Positions 27,719 to 40,969 are shown, counted from the first letter of the whole stretch. The stretch is DNA of 54,828 bases, filler included, from Bipalium vagum (GCA_037834085.1; 3 parts of 3 records of this genome joined end to end with filler, not necessarily neighbours in it), one strand, 5' to 3'. Numbers and translations are program-made. Notes: generated from the letters alone by a model not told the origin.

Positions 27719-28190
27719 GTGAGATATATTTTTTACTAAGCCTTAATGAAATGTTAGATATTTATAAGTAACAAAATATTATTTTTTCAAAATTTTCTCT
27801 AACACCTGGAAAAAATCAAGAAATGAAACTATTTTGTTTAACCTAATTTTCATTTAACAAAATATGATTAGCAATGAAGACGGTTTTCGGAAGAGTTACT
27901 TTATTAACTGATTAAATGATGAAAAAGGACAATAATTTTATAACTTTAATGATATATGTGATGTGTCAAACTAAGAATAAAATATAAATAGGAAAAAACT
28001 TAAGTTTTTACTAAAAATCAAATATTAAAATAAATTATTAAAATCAAAATACGTAATTAATTAATATATAAAAATAATAAATTAAATCAAAATTTTTATA
28101 ATGCAGCAATTTTTATTAAGATTTTTGTTTTTAATGGGATGAATTTTTCAATACTGGTCTATTTCTGAAGTCTTAATGCAAATAATATTA

Positions 28191-28726
28191 TACAGGGTGT
28201 TCGATAAGCCTATTCATAATTTTCATGCTAATTGAATCTCTGCGTTCAATCCATCTTCGAAGAAATATTTCATTGAGAAATTGAAAAATGAATTTCTCAG
28301 AATTCTATGGCTTTTAAGGATAGATAAAAAATAATTAGATTATAATCTTTGAGCATCTGTAAATAGATTTCTGATTTCACATTTTCCGTCTCAAAAAGTA
28401 TGGGCTAATTACTTTTTTGGAAGACATCACTATCCAAACATTGACTTTTGCTGATATTCTTGGAATTTCATTAGTGTTTCCCGGATTAATGATTTTGGGG
28501 TATGATATTCCAAGCACACAAAAATTCTGTCGTCTGTTGTCAACATTTTGAAATTTTTAAAAACGCCTTTATAAATATTAAAACAAATAATAAAAAATGT
28601 TTACCTAGACTAAATAAAACTTTACTATTCAAAATGACTATTATACATGAACCATTTTTTTAAACATTTTTATTTTGGAAGTAATGATAAAAATTAATTA
28701 TGAATAGGCTTATCGAACTCCCTGTA
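28191..28726 (-). mobile_element. Internally deleted Tc1/mariner element (rosa/DD41D-like, 536 bp) with both TIRs and flanking TA
   Basis: TIRs tacagggtgttcgataagcctattcataatt / aattatgaataggcttatcgaactccctgta. The minus-strand interior reads 'KVNVWIVMSSKKVISPYF...YLQMLKDY'. Confidence 0.85.
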
Positions 28727-28852
28727 CATTTTAATAGAGAAAATGATTATATTTTAAAATTAAAACAAAGAAACATGAAAAAATGAAAAGATAAAATTTT
28801 CAATTATTTTCATATGCTACTTCAATTATCTATATTTGATATTATTTCATAG

Positions 28853-28980
28853 AATGGAGATTTTCAAAATACTTTTTGCAAAGGGGTCGAAGGTGTTTTA
28901 AAGGCTTATCAAACAGCTTTAAAAACTGTCAGGCCTCTGAATATGGCTTGCTTTTCTCCTGTAATTCAACAAGTGAATAG
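28853..28980 (+). CDS. Copine, internal exon (VWA)
   Basis: tttcatAG|...AATAG|GTTGG. It encodes NGDFQNTFCKGVEGVLKAYQTALKTVRPLNMACFSPVIQQVN (copine 'NG...NP.C.GV.G...AY...L..V.LYGPTNFAPVI'). Confidence 0.92.
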
Positions 28981-29862
28981 GTTGGTTCAATTTGCTATTT
29001 TTTATTTTAAAACCATTTGACTTTGTGATATATGTGAACTTAATAAGTAGTAGTAATTACGTAGTGAACCTAATATTGATAGCTAATTTTTTTTACGGAT
29101 TTATCAGGTTGTCATATATGCACATTGTAAAATGATAATCTGAGGTTATTGCTAAATTATTGATACAATGAATTTTGTTATTCATCAAAGTATACATCTT
29201 TATTGGCAACACACTTTTGTCATTTAAATACACTATTAATTTAAGTAAATATATATAGTACTATTATTTTTAAATTTCATAAAAATTTTCATTTTTTCCT
29301 TTTTGTCTAAAAATAAATACTTTAGTTTATCTAATTTCTTTTTAAAATTGTATTTCTCCCTAAAAGTTCTCAACGACATAATTATAAAACTGGACTTTTA
29401 ATTACTACATATCATTTGAATAAATTTAAATTAATGAAATTGTTTTAAATGAGTAAACATTTAAATATGAATTATAAATAAATTAGAAAACTTTCAAGAG
29501 AGAATTATCGTTCGATAATATACTTTAATTTTAAATATGACCTTGAACAGATACAAAGTATAGATCGACTTTATTTATCCTTTCGGAATGAAGCATCATT
29601 AAAGAGCTGCGTTGAACAAAAAATTAATATCTGTTTCTTAGTCTTAGAAAGACAATTGGACCATAACTTTCATAAATTCAAACTATTAATGTTGATACGT
29701 CCGTTGCATCTTAGCTTTTAAATTAGTTTTTTGTTTTAATTATCAATATAATTTCTTTATTTTCACAATATATATTTATAAAAATAATCCTTGAATGATT
29801 AAAGTTCTTTAAAAATCATTTAATTTACTAATCTTAATCATCTTTTAAAATTATATTTTACA

Positions 29863-29897
<35 letters not shown>

Positions 29898-30974
29898 TCT
29901 GGGATTTGAGAAAGATATTTCAAATATTTAGGCTTCTAAGATCAATGGAATTATATTTTTAACAATAAACAAAGAATTTTAGATATAAGAGAATTAAAAT
30001 TTTTATTTCGGATTTAAAATTTTTTCTTTTTTAAATTTATATTAATTTATAATTAAGTATAAAATATTTAGCTTTTTCGTAAAAAAAATAGAATTCAAAC
30101 TTAATTTTACAACATAAAATGAAGAATTAAAAGATAAATGATATTATGAGTTTACGTTTTCTGAGTTTTAAGGTCATAAAACCTTCCCATATATTCAGAA
30201 TTCATTTTTATATATAATCGAAGAAATATTTAAAACATTCTTTTCTCAATAATATTGATTTATTTATTTTATACCAGAACAAAGTTATGAATAAATGTAA
30301 AAATCCATTTTAAAAGCTAGGTCTTCTTCTTCCTCTCACCTCACAAATATATATTCATCAGATAATTAATTATAAATTTATTAAATATTTATATTTAATT
30401 AAAGAATAGGGATATTTAATCAGAATTATATTTTAAAGAATATATATTGAACATTTTGTTTTCAAATCTGAAAATAAATATTAATATAATATAATAGGAA
30501 AATATATATATATATATTTATAATTATATTTAGAAATATTATTTATTTGTTTCAGACTCCTTTCTTTTTTGAAAAACATTTTGATACATTTCAGGCATCT
30601 TTAATGAATTCTTCAGACAGCTGAAAACTGTAAAATGATATTTCGCACAGTATTGAAATTATTATAACATTTTTATTGAAAAATTTCTGATGAAGATTAT
30701 GTGGATTTTTATACAGAACAATTTTTCGTTAGAAATTAATTTAGTTTCGCTGATAATTGAAAATTAGCAATAATGAATCTTTGTCAGAAAACATTCTCCT
30801 TTATTTTTCTTCAAATGCTTTTTATTAATACTTTTATCATCCACAACTTTTATCTTGGACAAAATTCAGATATCAATTATTTCTTCAACTCCGTCTCGTT
30901 TCTTATTTACGTAATTGTATAAAAAAGCGATTCATTGAAAAAAAAGAAGAATATTAGGAATTTTTTCATTTTAC

Positions 30975-31006
<32 letters not shown>

Positions 31007-31018
31007 TTTTCGATACAG

Positions 31019-31121
31019 TTTGGCTAAAGAACATTGCGATGGATCCCATTACTTCATTCTTCTGATTCTGACCAACGGAAGTGTGGAAGACTGGGTTGAA
31101 ACTAAGCGAGCGGTCATTGAA
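31019..31121 (+). CDS. Copine, internal exon (VWA); downstream exons not found in window
   Basis: ttttttcgatacAG|...ATTGAA|GTAAT. It encodes (S)LAKEHCDGSHYFILLILTNGSVEDWVETKRAVIE (copine 'DGSQYFVLLIITDGVISDM..TK.AIV'). Confidence 0.92.
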
Positions 31122-31439
31122 GTAATTTCCATATTAAATAATAGGATATTATTAACATTTATTTTCACCTTAGTTCTGAAATATTTTTATTATAATTAAA
31201 GAAATATTTTGAAATAAAATTTTAATTAGTGTTCTTAATTCTTTGAAATAATGTTATCTTAATCAATTTCTGGTTCACTTTTGACACATTTAAAATTGTT
31301 ATATTTCTATGTTTTTAAATTATTTTTCAGAAATTTTTGTTGATTATTAAAAGATTTTGTTATGAAATATTTTATTATAAATAAAAAAATATTATTAAAT
31401 ATATTATTTATTATTATTATTTTTTATAAAATTAAATGA

Positions 31440-32340
31440 ATACATATTAATGATTAAATTTTTATAAAATGCTCTTGATATTTTAAATGGATTTTCTTGG
31501 GATACTGTGCTTTAGGCTTAAAGGAAGCCTTGCCTAATATTTTTATTTTTTCTTCGAGCTGTGGATTTGTAATTTGAAGCTTTAATGTGGAAGAAAACAA
31601 AAATGAAAAGTAAAACGAGAATGATGATTGTTTTGAAAATAGAAATGAGATTTTGTAGATTGATCTCAAAGGAGAATTTGTGAAAAGACCATTAAGAATA
31701 ATGAACATTTCTTGATTAAGAAAGATCATAGAAATAAGAAATGATTGGATATTGCGTATACTCGCCTAACAAACATACTATGAAGGTAATTGGAGAACTC
31801 GTTAATTAGAAACATTTTAGATAACCAATTAATCTGAAAGAAAAGATGAACTAAACCATAAAAGTCCTCATGATAAAGAATCATCAAAAAGTGCAATTCT
31901 ACGTTAACATGAGCCTGAGAAATGAAAAATGAACGATTTCCAGATTTGAATGAACTTTAGAAGACGATATCTAATGAATGAAGGAGTATTTCCTAATTAC
32001 AAATGTAGATGAGATAATGTATATATCAGGAGGAGCACTTTATTTTGGTTCTATACTTTGGGTAATGAATATGATCTCAGTTGAATTTGATAAACTTCAC
32101 AAGAAAAAACTCCAGCGACACTAAGAATTTTTCACGACTTCATAACAAAAACGAGCCAAAATTAAAGAAATGTACTGAATCTTGATATTTTATTCTTTAT
32201 GTTCAATTTGAAACAATGTGAAAATCTTAATAAAACCATTGATGAGCATCAAAAATGATATTTTACGAATCAATCTGGACAAATGCCAGTCTTCAAGCAA
32301 GCATCAAGTTCATCGATAATATATTTATTTAAGACGATAT
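31440..32340 (+). mobile_element. Degenerate CR1/L2-like LINE RT fragment
   Basis: 'LTNIL..VIGELV' (YRPI.LT.I.CKV.E region) and 'LRINLDKCQ', with multiple stops. Confidence 0.45.
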
Positions 32341-32356
32341 ACAAAAAAATCAGTAT

Positions 32357-32488
32357 TACAGTACCTGGCCATTGAAATAGACTCAAACAAAAAGTTTCGT
32401 GTTTTAGTCGCAAATTCAATTTCTAAAATATTTTTTTACGTAATTCATTATTAAATGCAAGAATAATAATTTATTAAAATGGAAAACA
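32357..32488. mobile_element. Tc1-like terminus at contig end
   Basis: TA-CAGT start (tacagtacctggccattgaaatag), typical of Tc1 TIRs. Confidence 0.45.
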
Positions 32489-32588
32489 NNNNNNNNNNNN
32501 NNNNNNNNNNNNNNNNNNNNNNNNNNNNNNNNTTAATTAATTAANNNNNNNNNNNNNNNNNNNNNNNNNNNNNNNNNNNNNNNNNNNN
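32489..32588. other. Artificial assembly spacer (44 N + TTAATTAATTAA + 44 N)
   Basis: Identical architecture to the spacer at 15586-15685. Confidence 0.97.
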
Positions 32589-32900
32589 GTAAAGAAAAAG
32601 ATATAACTCCAAAGAAATCAGCTGTTATTGTTGCATATGTTAATGATGGATTATCTTACAGTCATTATGCACTGTATGTGCATAAGTAACGAGATATTAA
32701 GAGAAAAAGGATAACGTTCAAAAAAGACAGAGTCCAACCACAACAAGATTTTAGAGCTGGAGAATGAAGTACTCATAAACCCGAAAGCAGAATCAATGGC
32801 AAAGAAGGATAGATGAATCTAAATATAGTTAATAGAAAAATTCATCATAGAAGATATTTACTTTAAGCTTAAAAACAGATTAAAAAGAACACGGGAACTA
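32589..32900 (+). mobile_element. Tc1-like transposase N-terminal relic
   Basis: 'KEKDITPKKSAVIVAYVNDGLSY' resembles the Tc1 N-terminal HTH. Confidence 0.45.
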
Positions 32901-33699
32901 AATTTTATTTAATGAACTAGGGTTTTTTTTTTAATTATAGTGATCATTAATTGCAGGTTTGACTATGCAAGGTAAAGCATTCTATTTGACTAACGAATTG
33001 AATTAAAATAATGAGTTTTACTGCCTTAAATTATACATTTGGAATAAGGACACAATAATTGGTGAAGAGATTAAAAACGATTATGTTAAAACTCAATGTT
33101 AACTAGATGAATTCTGAATTTATGTTTAAAGATGTTTTGGATGTGTTTTGTGCATGATTATGAGTTTGTGATGATAATTATTAGATTCGATTCTCGTAAA
33201 AAACGGAATTGATTATAATAGACATTTTTGGGCATGTTAGGATCTCAGTAAAATAAATGAAAAATATTTATATATCTGGTTTGTATTTTGAAAACAAGTA
33301 TTATTTTGTTTTTATATCGCTTTGGCAATTATGATATAGATGTATTTTTAAACTCATCTACTGCTTGATTGGTAAAAGTTTGTCTGTGTCTACTGAGACA
33401 AAAACTCTGAATGGTTATTAGTATAGTTATATTCTTGAGTAGTCATTTGTAAATAAGAATTCAAAGTCGAAGCAATAATAATATATTTCATTAAATCCGA
33501 TTAACCAAACAAACTTTTACCTCACCTTTTATTAAAATTAAATTATTTACTTTTTTAAAATTAACCAGCATTTATTTAAAAATTTTAAAAACGTAACATA
33601 ATCTTTAAAAACTTCAAATTAAAAAAATTTCATAATTGTTAATCTGGGCGTGAAGTCCTTATTTAAAAAAATTCAAACAAACTAATTGTTCGAATCACT

Positions 33700-34660
33700 C
33701 CTTATAAGAATCATTCACGAGAATCTGATTACAGAATTTAGGGTATTAAGTTTCTCTACATCCTAAAGTATATCACTGAAATGTAGTACCGCAAATGGAG
33801 TGCTTTCTCTTCAGGATGACTATTTTTGTCATGTCTGTCAGGCTTGCCTTTTCTAATCTTCTAATAATTCGCATAATATCGTCGCAAGTAACATTGGCAC
33901 TTTATTCACAAGGCCAGAGTGAACGGTCTTCCTTCATAAAATTTTCAACCCAGATTTATGCATAAGGTATCAAGAGTATTCTTGTGTTAATACTTTAATT
34001 TAATGAAGAAAAGGCGTGACACAATATTAGGGGTTCTTACTACTCTGGAAACGAGTAAATGACTAGTAATAGATTAATGCATGTCTTTTTTTCCGGGCTT
34101 GTATCATATAAATTACATGCTTAAGATCTGTAGAATTATCAAGGTAATATGCTCGTTTTACAGAGCACAGAGGATAATGAAACGAATAAGATCGAAAAAT
34201 CCAGTATCAGTAGTGGCAAGATAAAATTTATGGGTAAAACAATAATTTAAGTGTTTTAGATTTCTTAACAAATTATTTATCCAAAAAAGTTTAAAAATTT
34301 CCCGCTTCAGTCTTATAGTACCATTAGGTAACCAAACCCAGATAAAACTAAAGACAGGTAAAGTGTAATATTTCCAAATTATGTCAAACATAGTAGGAAC
34401 ATGTGAAAACCTTTATTCTCCGTACATTACACAACTGATACCAATCTAACTGGCACTGTTAGGATTTTGGCGGTAAGTGGAAAAGATTTCTCAATGTACG
34501 GTAAATGTGTCACAGTAACATATAAGCATATTAAATCTGATATGGATTCTCGGATTAAACTGAGAAACATAAAGAAATTCTCCGAAAAAGCAATCAAGTC
34601 GGTAGGAACTACAGCCTTCATTTAGTTTAGGTTAGCTCGCAGATGCTACTTCAAGACTGA
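33700..34660 (-). mobile_element. Degenerate CR1-like LINE RT / 3' fragment
   Basis: Minus strand 'AVVPTDLIAFSE' resembles 'A.Y.D.SKAFD', followed by decayed RT-like sequence. This explains ORFs 34158 and 34427. Confidence 0.35.
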
Positions 34661-34965
34661 GAAGACTAAATGATATCATGTATATATTTCGATGTTTAAT
34701 AAAATTTTTTTGTTTTCTTTGTTTGAGTCAAATATTTATCCGAAGGTATATTTTGAAATTCTTGATTCATCCTTTAACTAAAAAAAATACATGACTTTTA
34801 ATACTCTTAACCTCTTTGTGGTACTAAAGCGATTTTTTATTTGCTTCACTAATTTTCTTCGTCCTCAGACAAATTAAAGCATTTAATTTTTTTCTAAATG
34901 GTTTGAAAATATCTAAATATCAAAACAATTTTTTAAAAATCAATTATATTCTTGATATGTAGAAG

Positions 34966-35131
34966 TTAGCCAAGGTGAATATCACTCAATTTCATTTGCT
35001 TTATATACTCCCAGACAACAATGGCACCGGTTACGTGAACATTAAGAGATCGAATTTGACCAAATTGCGGAATTTCAATGCATTTGTCAAGATGAGATAT
35101 CAGCTCAACTGGTATTCCTTCTCTTTCATTT
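34966..35131 (-). CDS. TARBP1: tRNA (guanosine(18)-2'-O)-methyltransferase TARBP1/Trm3, last exon
   Basis: Acceptor tttatttgtctAG|A completes the Gly codon. It encodes [43 protein letters not shown]...LG*, i.e. SPOUT motifs 2 and 3. Confidence 0.95.
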
Positions 35132-35707
35132 CTAGACAAATAAACAATTTTAAACAAGGAGAATAAAGAATGCCGAATTTCTAGTATTAAATGAAATTCA
35201 AAAAACAATAAAATTAGTTATTAAAGTCAAAAGCTCCTCTTTGAACTGAGCTTGAAATACAATTAATAGCTTTAACATATTTAAACAAACACAAATTTAT
35301 ATAAAATTTTAAGCGTAATTAACCTTCGAAAACCTTCTTTTTTTATAAAAGAAAAGTGTAATATAAAACTAAAAACCAAAACACATTTATTATAAATTAT
35401 TACTTATTAAAAACTTTTTGTACTATTTTTCCCACTTTTATACATAAGTAGAAATGTAAATGAAGATCATTTTTATTATATAAATAGTGTTTTTTACATA
35501 AATAATAGATAAAATTTTCTTTCAATACCCTATCTGATTAAGTTCTTTCAAAATGATTCGTTATGGTTATGAATTGAATCACAAAAACTAAAATATAAAA
35601 AATGTTACTTATTTTGAGAAATCTACCGAAATTAATTAATTTAATATAGTAAAAAATAGTTATATCTCATTTTTGACACTAAAAACATTTATGAACACAA
35701 AACATAC

Positions 35708-38700
35708 CCCAGAATCAAAACGGTTTTCCTTTTGAAAGAATTCTTCTGTAACGGTACACTGTTGGCGGTCTGTTCTATTCCCACAATATCAAACCCTTCA
35801 GCTCGTTTCATTTCAATAAAAGCTACCAACGATTGAGCAGGTACTTCGGTCATGTTGATCCATTTGTCTGCAGTCACTGCCAACTGTTTGAAATCGTTGT
35901 TGTCAACCACTCGCAGATTATCGACCACAAATTCGCCAATTCCGAAAACGTTGCTCGTCCTTGCCAACCCTCCCACGTTGGTTGGCTTGTCCAACAACGA
36001 GCAGACCAAGACAATATCGGAATCCGTCGAGTTCTCTATTCCAAATAACGCTTTCAAAGCCTCTTCATCCGGTCGCGATGTCAGCCAAGGCTGGATCTTT
36101 TTCTGCACGTCCTCATTATCGTTATCTACTTTCATAGTCTTTTCTTTGGCTTGATCAGTAGTGGTTTCCGTTTTGACTCTCCACACAGAATCGTGACAGC
36201 CTTTCCACTCTGGTCTTTGATTATGGAAAGCGATCGCGTAGTTTTCTGTGGATGATTTCGAGACCACCTTAAATTGATCAATCGTGATGATCTCTTCTTC
36301 AACAAGATCGAACAGCTTCGGTAAAATGTCAAACACTGTTTCCAGACAAACGTCCTGGAGAGGTCGGAAAATCGACCACCAGAAATTGTCGCACAATTTA
36401 TTGATATTTCTCCCCGAGGAGTTCTGACTGGTGAATGAAATATAACCGTCAATAATATCGACCAGGTAAGGCTTCAGGATTTGAAACGATTTCGAACTCC
36501 TAATGGTTTTCATGAATGACATAGCATGCAATCGGACATTGTAGTTCTGTGCCGATCCCAGAGCCAAAATGGCCAGAATCGATTGGTCGATCATCACATC
36601 TTCCCCCATACCAGTCTCACCGGAACCGTTCAATGAGACTAAATGACGAATGATCGTGATCAACGAGCATTGATAGGCCGGTTTGCTATCATTGGGAGAC
36701 TTCAATAATTCAACCAATCGACTTTGTCTGAACGTATCACGACTAAAAATCAATATCAAGCACCACTCCGACAAATGTCTAATGGAACTGAGAGTTTCTC
36801 TACTGATACTGTCCAACATCCACTCTTCAACAATAGATTGCCACAAATGATCAGAATCGTTGTCATTCAACGACATTTTCAAAACGATCAATACAACGGA
36901 ATAAAGTCGATGCCGTGTTCGATGCAATTGATTATTGATATAATTTTTGTAACGGTTTTTATTCGTTGACAGTAACAATCGATCTGTGTCACGCAAACGT
37001 TCGATAATTTTCCTGCGAAACTCGTTCGTCACCACCGACCCATCATCTGCTGCCAAGCACAATATCAATATTGCCGACACTCGATCGCTGCTTTCAGCCA
37101 TTATCGTCTTAGTCTCAGTATTGGTCCATTGATCTTGATAACGGCGGCACAAATACCGCTCAACTCGTTTCTCGAATCGCAAACTTCGTCTGTGGCACGG
37201 TCCGAACAACACCAATTGACCAATCAAATTTAAATAGAACTTCTCCAGATCACCGCCGTCCAATGGAAATCTATTTCCAACAATGAAATCGTGCAGCCCA
37301 TCGCCGAGTTTGTGGACCATGCCGAATTTGTTTTCTCCAATCTCTAATATTGATTCGACGATTTCGTTGAGACACGAGACAATTCGCCGGCTCACGTCAC
37401 TATCAATCATCGAGGTTAAATGTGCCCCGTGCAGGAGAGCGTGAAAAAAGATTCTTTCCAAGAAAACGGAATAGACTTTCCAGAATTTCTGAGCAATGGA
37501 TAAAAGTTCCAGCACTCTGTTCCACGCCGATGAAACGAGTTTCATCATCATGGTGATGTGTTGGGCGGATTTCATGTTGCTCAGTATCTGACCAATCGAT
37601 CGACCGATAATGTTTAATATTGGAACCAAAGCCTGACAGGATGATGGGCTGACATCGAGCAGGTCGGAATAAAACGAGAACAGGCGCGTCTGAGCTTGGT
37701 CATCTTCGATGAATTCGATTATCCACAAATTGATATTCGAAGATCGCCAGAGCAATCTTTCGTAATCCAACGGTGATAATTTGTGACATTTTGTCAACCA
37801 ACACATTTTAGCGGCCGCTGATGAAAATTTCCCATTGAAATTGGGTTGGAACCGTGAATCAATATTAGCACCAATTACGTTTGAAAGTGTCGTGTCGGCG
37901 TTATTCATTTCAGCGGGATAAATCGACGAGACGATTTTCCGTGGGAACTGGACAATAAAATATCTCATCAGATCCAAACAGCTTTGTTGACAGTCTCCGT
38001 CGGTCGTGATATCGATTTGATTGGACAAAAATCGCATGATCGGCCCAATACACAAGTCGAGCTGTCGATCAAACGAATCGGACCAAGAACTGTCTGTGAC
38101 GGATTGTCGTGCGGAAAACAACACACAGAGGTGCTTGACAAGAACAATCGATTTCAATATCGAAACGACTCTCGCATATGGATTATTGGTAGAATCGCAA
38201 ATCAATTTCGTAATACCATCGATGAAATCGATGAAGCCCATTTCGATTTGGAAAAACGACAAGAAGAACGCCATGGATGCCATTTTATTCGTGAAATTCG
38301 AATCCGATAAGTCAATATCGTCAAATGATTGGCGCAAAATGTCGAAAATTGATTCTCGGTCCCGCCTGGACTGAGATTGGATCTTCGCATCCAATACCAA
38401 GAACAGCTGGCAATCGCAAAGAACGACGTTCTCCACATCAAAGAATGTTTGGAAGACCCGAACTAGTTCAGGGAAACAGAAGATATCGATTTGGTAATTC
38501 TTAAAGAAACCAACTAATAGAAATGAAGTGATAAATCGGCGATATTTCAAATCGATTGTCGGCAAATTGGACTGGCACAACTTCCCGATTTCTGATAAAG
38601 TCCAAAACGGAAGCGGCGGTAACGACGGTGATAGTTGCTGGCAATGATAAAAAGATTCAGCGAAAAACAGCAACGCCTGAGCGTTCCACGACGTGGAGGA

Positions 38701-39888
38701 AATCGATTGGAAAACTGAACGAAAGACGGTCTCGACTGTCGCAGACGACAATGATGATTGGCAGAACTGCAGGAAGAGATTGTGGAGGAAGTCTCGAAGT
38801 TCTACGTGAGCGAAGAAGCCATGGTTGTCGCTGACACCGTCAGGCGAGAAGTACAGATTGGATTGGTTGATGGTTTTGGTGAGAAAATTCGATAGCATTC
38901 TGCAATACGATTGACTGGAAAAATGGACGGGCACGTTGAGGAATTGACAGAAAGCCCACTTCAAAATTAACGAACTCTCGTGCAAAGAGGCCTTTTCGAT
39001 GATGATCATTAACCAGTGGACTGATATCAATCCGGTATCGTAGGATGCTTTCAGCGTTTCCATTTTGCCCAGAGTCGGAACGATAAGGTGGGTTTGCTTT
39101 TCTTCCAGGCTATCGATCAGATTTACGGTGTCGGATATAATATCAGGAGTCAATGTAAAGAGCACCGATTCATTCGATATTGTTACGGATAATTTTTCGA
39201 CATTGTTTCCAAGGAGGCCGTTAATATATCGATTCAGCCAATACATGGCTCGCTTGCGATTTATTGGATGAACAGAAACGAGGTTCGTGAAGATTGCTTG
39301 CCACATGATCTGCGACTTCAACGATTCAAGGATTAAAACTGAGGTCATTGATGACGCAGAAATGAGCTGGAGAAAAATTTCGTTGTACGAAAGATGACAC
39401 GATTCCGATTTGGAAACAAATAGACTTAATGTAGTTAATGTCTCGGTATTAATTTCCCTTGTATTCTCAATGCATAACATTACACATTTGTGAAGAGTTT
39501 CTATGTTCGACACATTGATTTTGACAAGTATACCTAACAGGTTTTTATCACATAATTCTCGCAATAACTTCTTATATTTCACGAAAATTGCTTTTAGAAA
39601 ATTATACATAAACTGAATCGATTCTAGAGCATCTATGATATTGAAAACTTTCTTAAAAATACTTTCATTATTATTTATAATTTCATAATAGAAACAGATG
39701 ATTGAGAGCATTGATAAATTCAATTCAGAGCTTGGAGAATTACAAATTAATGTAAACAAATTATCTAGTGTTTGTTTAGAAAAAATTTCCAACAAAACTT
39801 GGCAATCAAAATGATAGAAATCAATTTCATAAGTTTTGAGGATTTGAAAGATTTTTTCACTCTCTTCGATGTGATCATTGTATGACAT
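35708..39888 (-). CDS. TARBP1: tRNA (guanosine(18)-2'-O)-methyltransferase TARBP1/Trm3, 4.2-kb first coding exon (alternative ATG at 39924)
   Basis: Long helical N-terminal region, then 'DVQKKIQPW', 'SLLDKPTNVGGLARTSNVFG', 'LAVTADKW' and 'VGIEQTANS'. A phase-2 donor GG|GTATGT lies at 35708/35707, giving a 576-nt intron and a spliced product of 1448 aa from 39888. Confidence 0.95.
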
Positions 39889-40969
39889 TTTTACATATAT
39901 TAATTTAATCAAAAGTTGATTCATTTCAATAAGTTCTGAAAATTAATATTATATTATCAATAAAAATTATAATTAACTATTTTCTACCTATTGTAGAACA
40001 CATTTTCGAAATGTAATATATATTATTCAAACAAGTAACTAATACAGTATAATATCTAATTATTTTTCACTTGTCAAATCTTTTATTTTATCCAAATGTG
40101 TTTTATAATGAAATTTTAATGCACTAATAAAGGTTATTTAAAATATTTATTACTACATAGTCAATCGTGTTATGCAAGTTTTCTTTACATTTTATATAAT
40201 AATTCGAACTTATAAAATAGTTATTTTAATTCTAGTTTTATTATTTATTACATGAATCTTTTTAATTGAAATATCCAAATATAAGTTGACTATTTTAATT
40301 TCTATAAAATAAAATATAATTTTAACACTAATATCATTTAAAATAATCTTAGTGATTTGTAAAGATATTTCAATCCTTAATGAGATAAAATATTGTCAAA
40401 TAAATAACCATATCTAATTTTCAACATTGTATAACATCTCTATTTATTTCTTTACTTATAGTTAATTTTATCAAATCTTAGAAAATGAATAATAACTCAT
40501 GAACACAAAATGTATGACATTGTAGAAGCACAAGCCAATGACTACCGACGGATGATGGTAAACCAAGTTACTCCAAATTACAGAGTAAAGTCAGAGTACA
40601 TTGAGCAAAAGCAACGTTATCCTCAAGTCAAAAGGGTTTTTTAATCGAAGCAGGGGGTGTGTATAAAAACCCAAGCTTGACTTATATCACTTGTCCTGTT
40701 TATTCTCATTGATATTGTTTCTGTTGCGGTTTATAAATATATTGACATTATGCGAGCATTTTACTCATATAATGAATCGGTTTGAAAATCAAAAATATTT
40801 ATTAAAAATAAAAAAACTAATTTGCTTTTTGAAAAAAAATTAATAAAAAAAATAAACAAACGGAAGACCCTCGGTATTTTATCTAAATTTTATGATTATA
40901 AACATTTATTTTATAAAGGTATAATAACTTCTCATCCTTAATTTTTTGTTGGAATTAACAAAAATAAAT

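Noticed and set aside
35689-35707. ORF-track C-terminus 'GYVLCS*' of the 1411-aa ORF
   Set aside because: Read-through into the intron; the SPOUT domain continues in exon 34966-35131.
35833-39271. Plus-strand and alternate-frame ORFs overlapping TARBP1
   Set aside because: Shadow ORFs expected in a GC-richer long exon; no recognisable domains.
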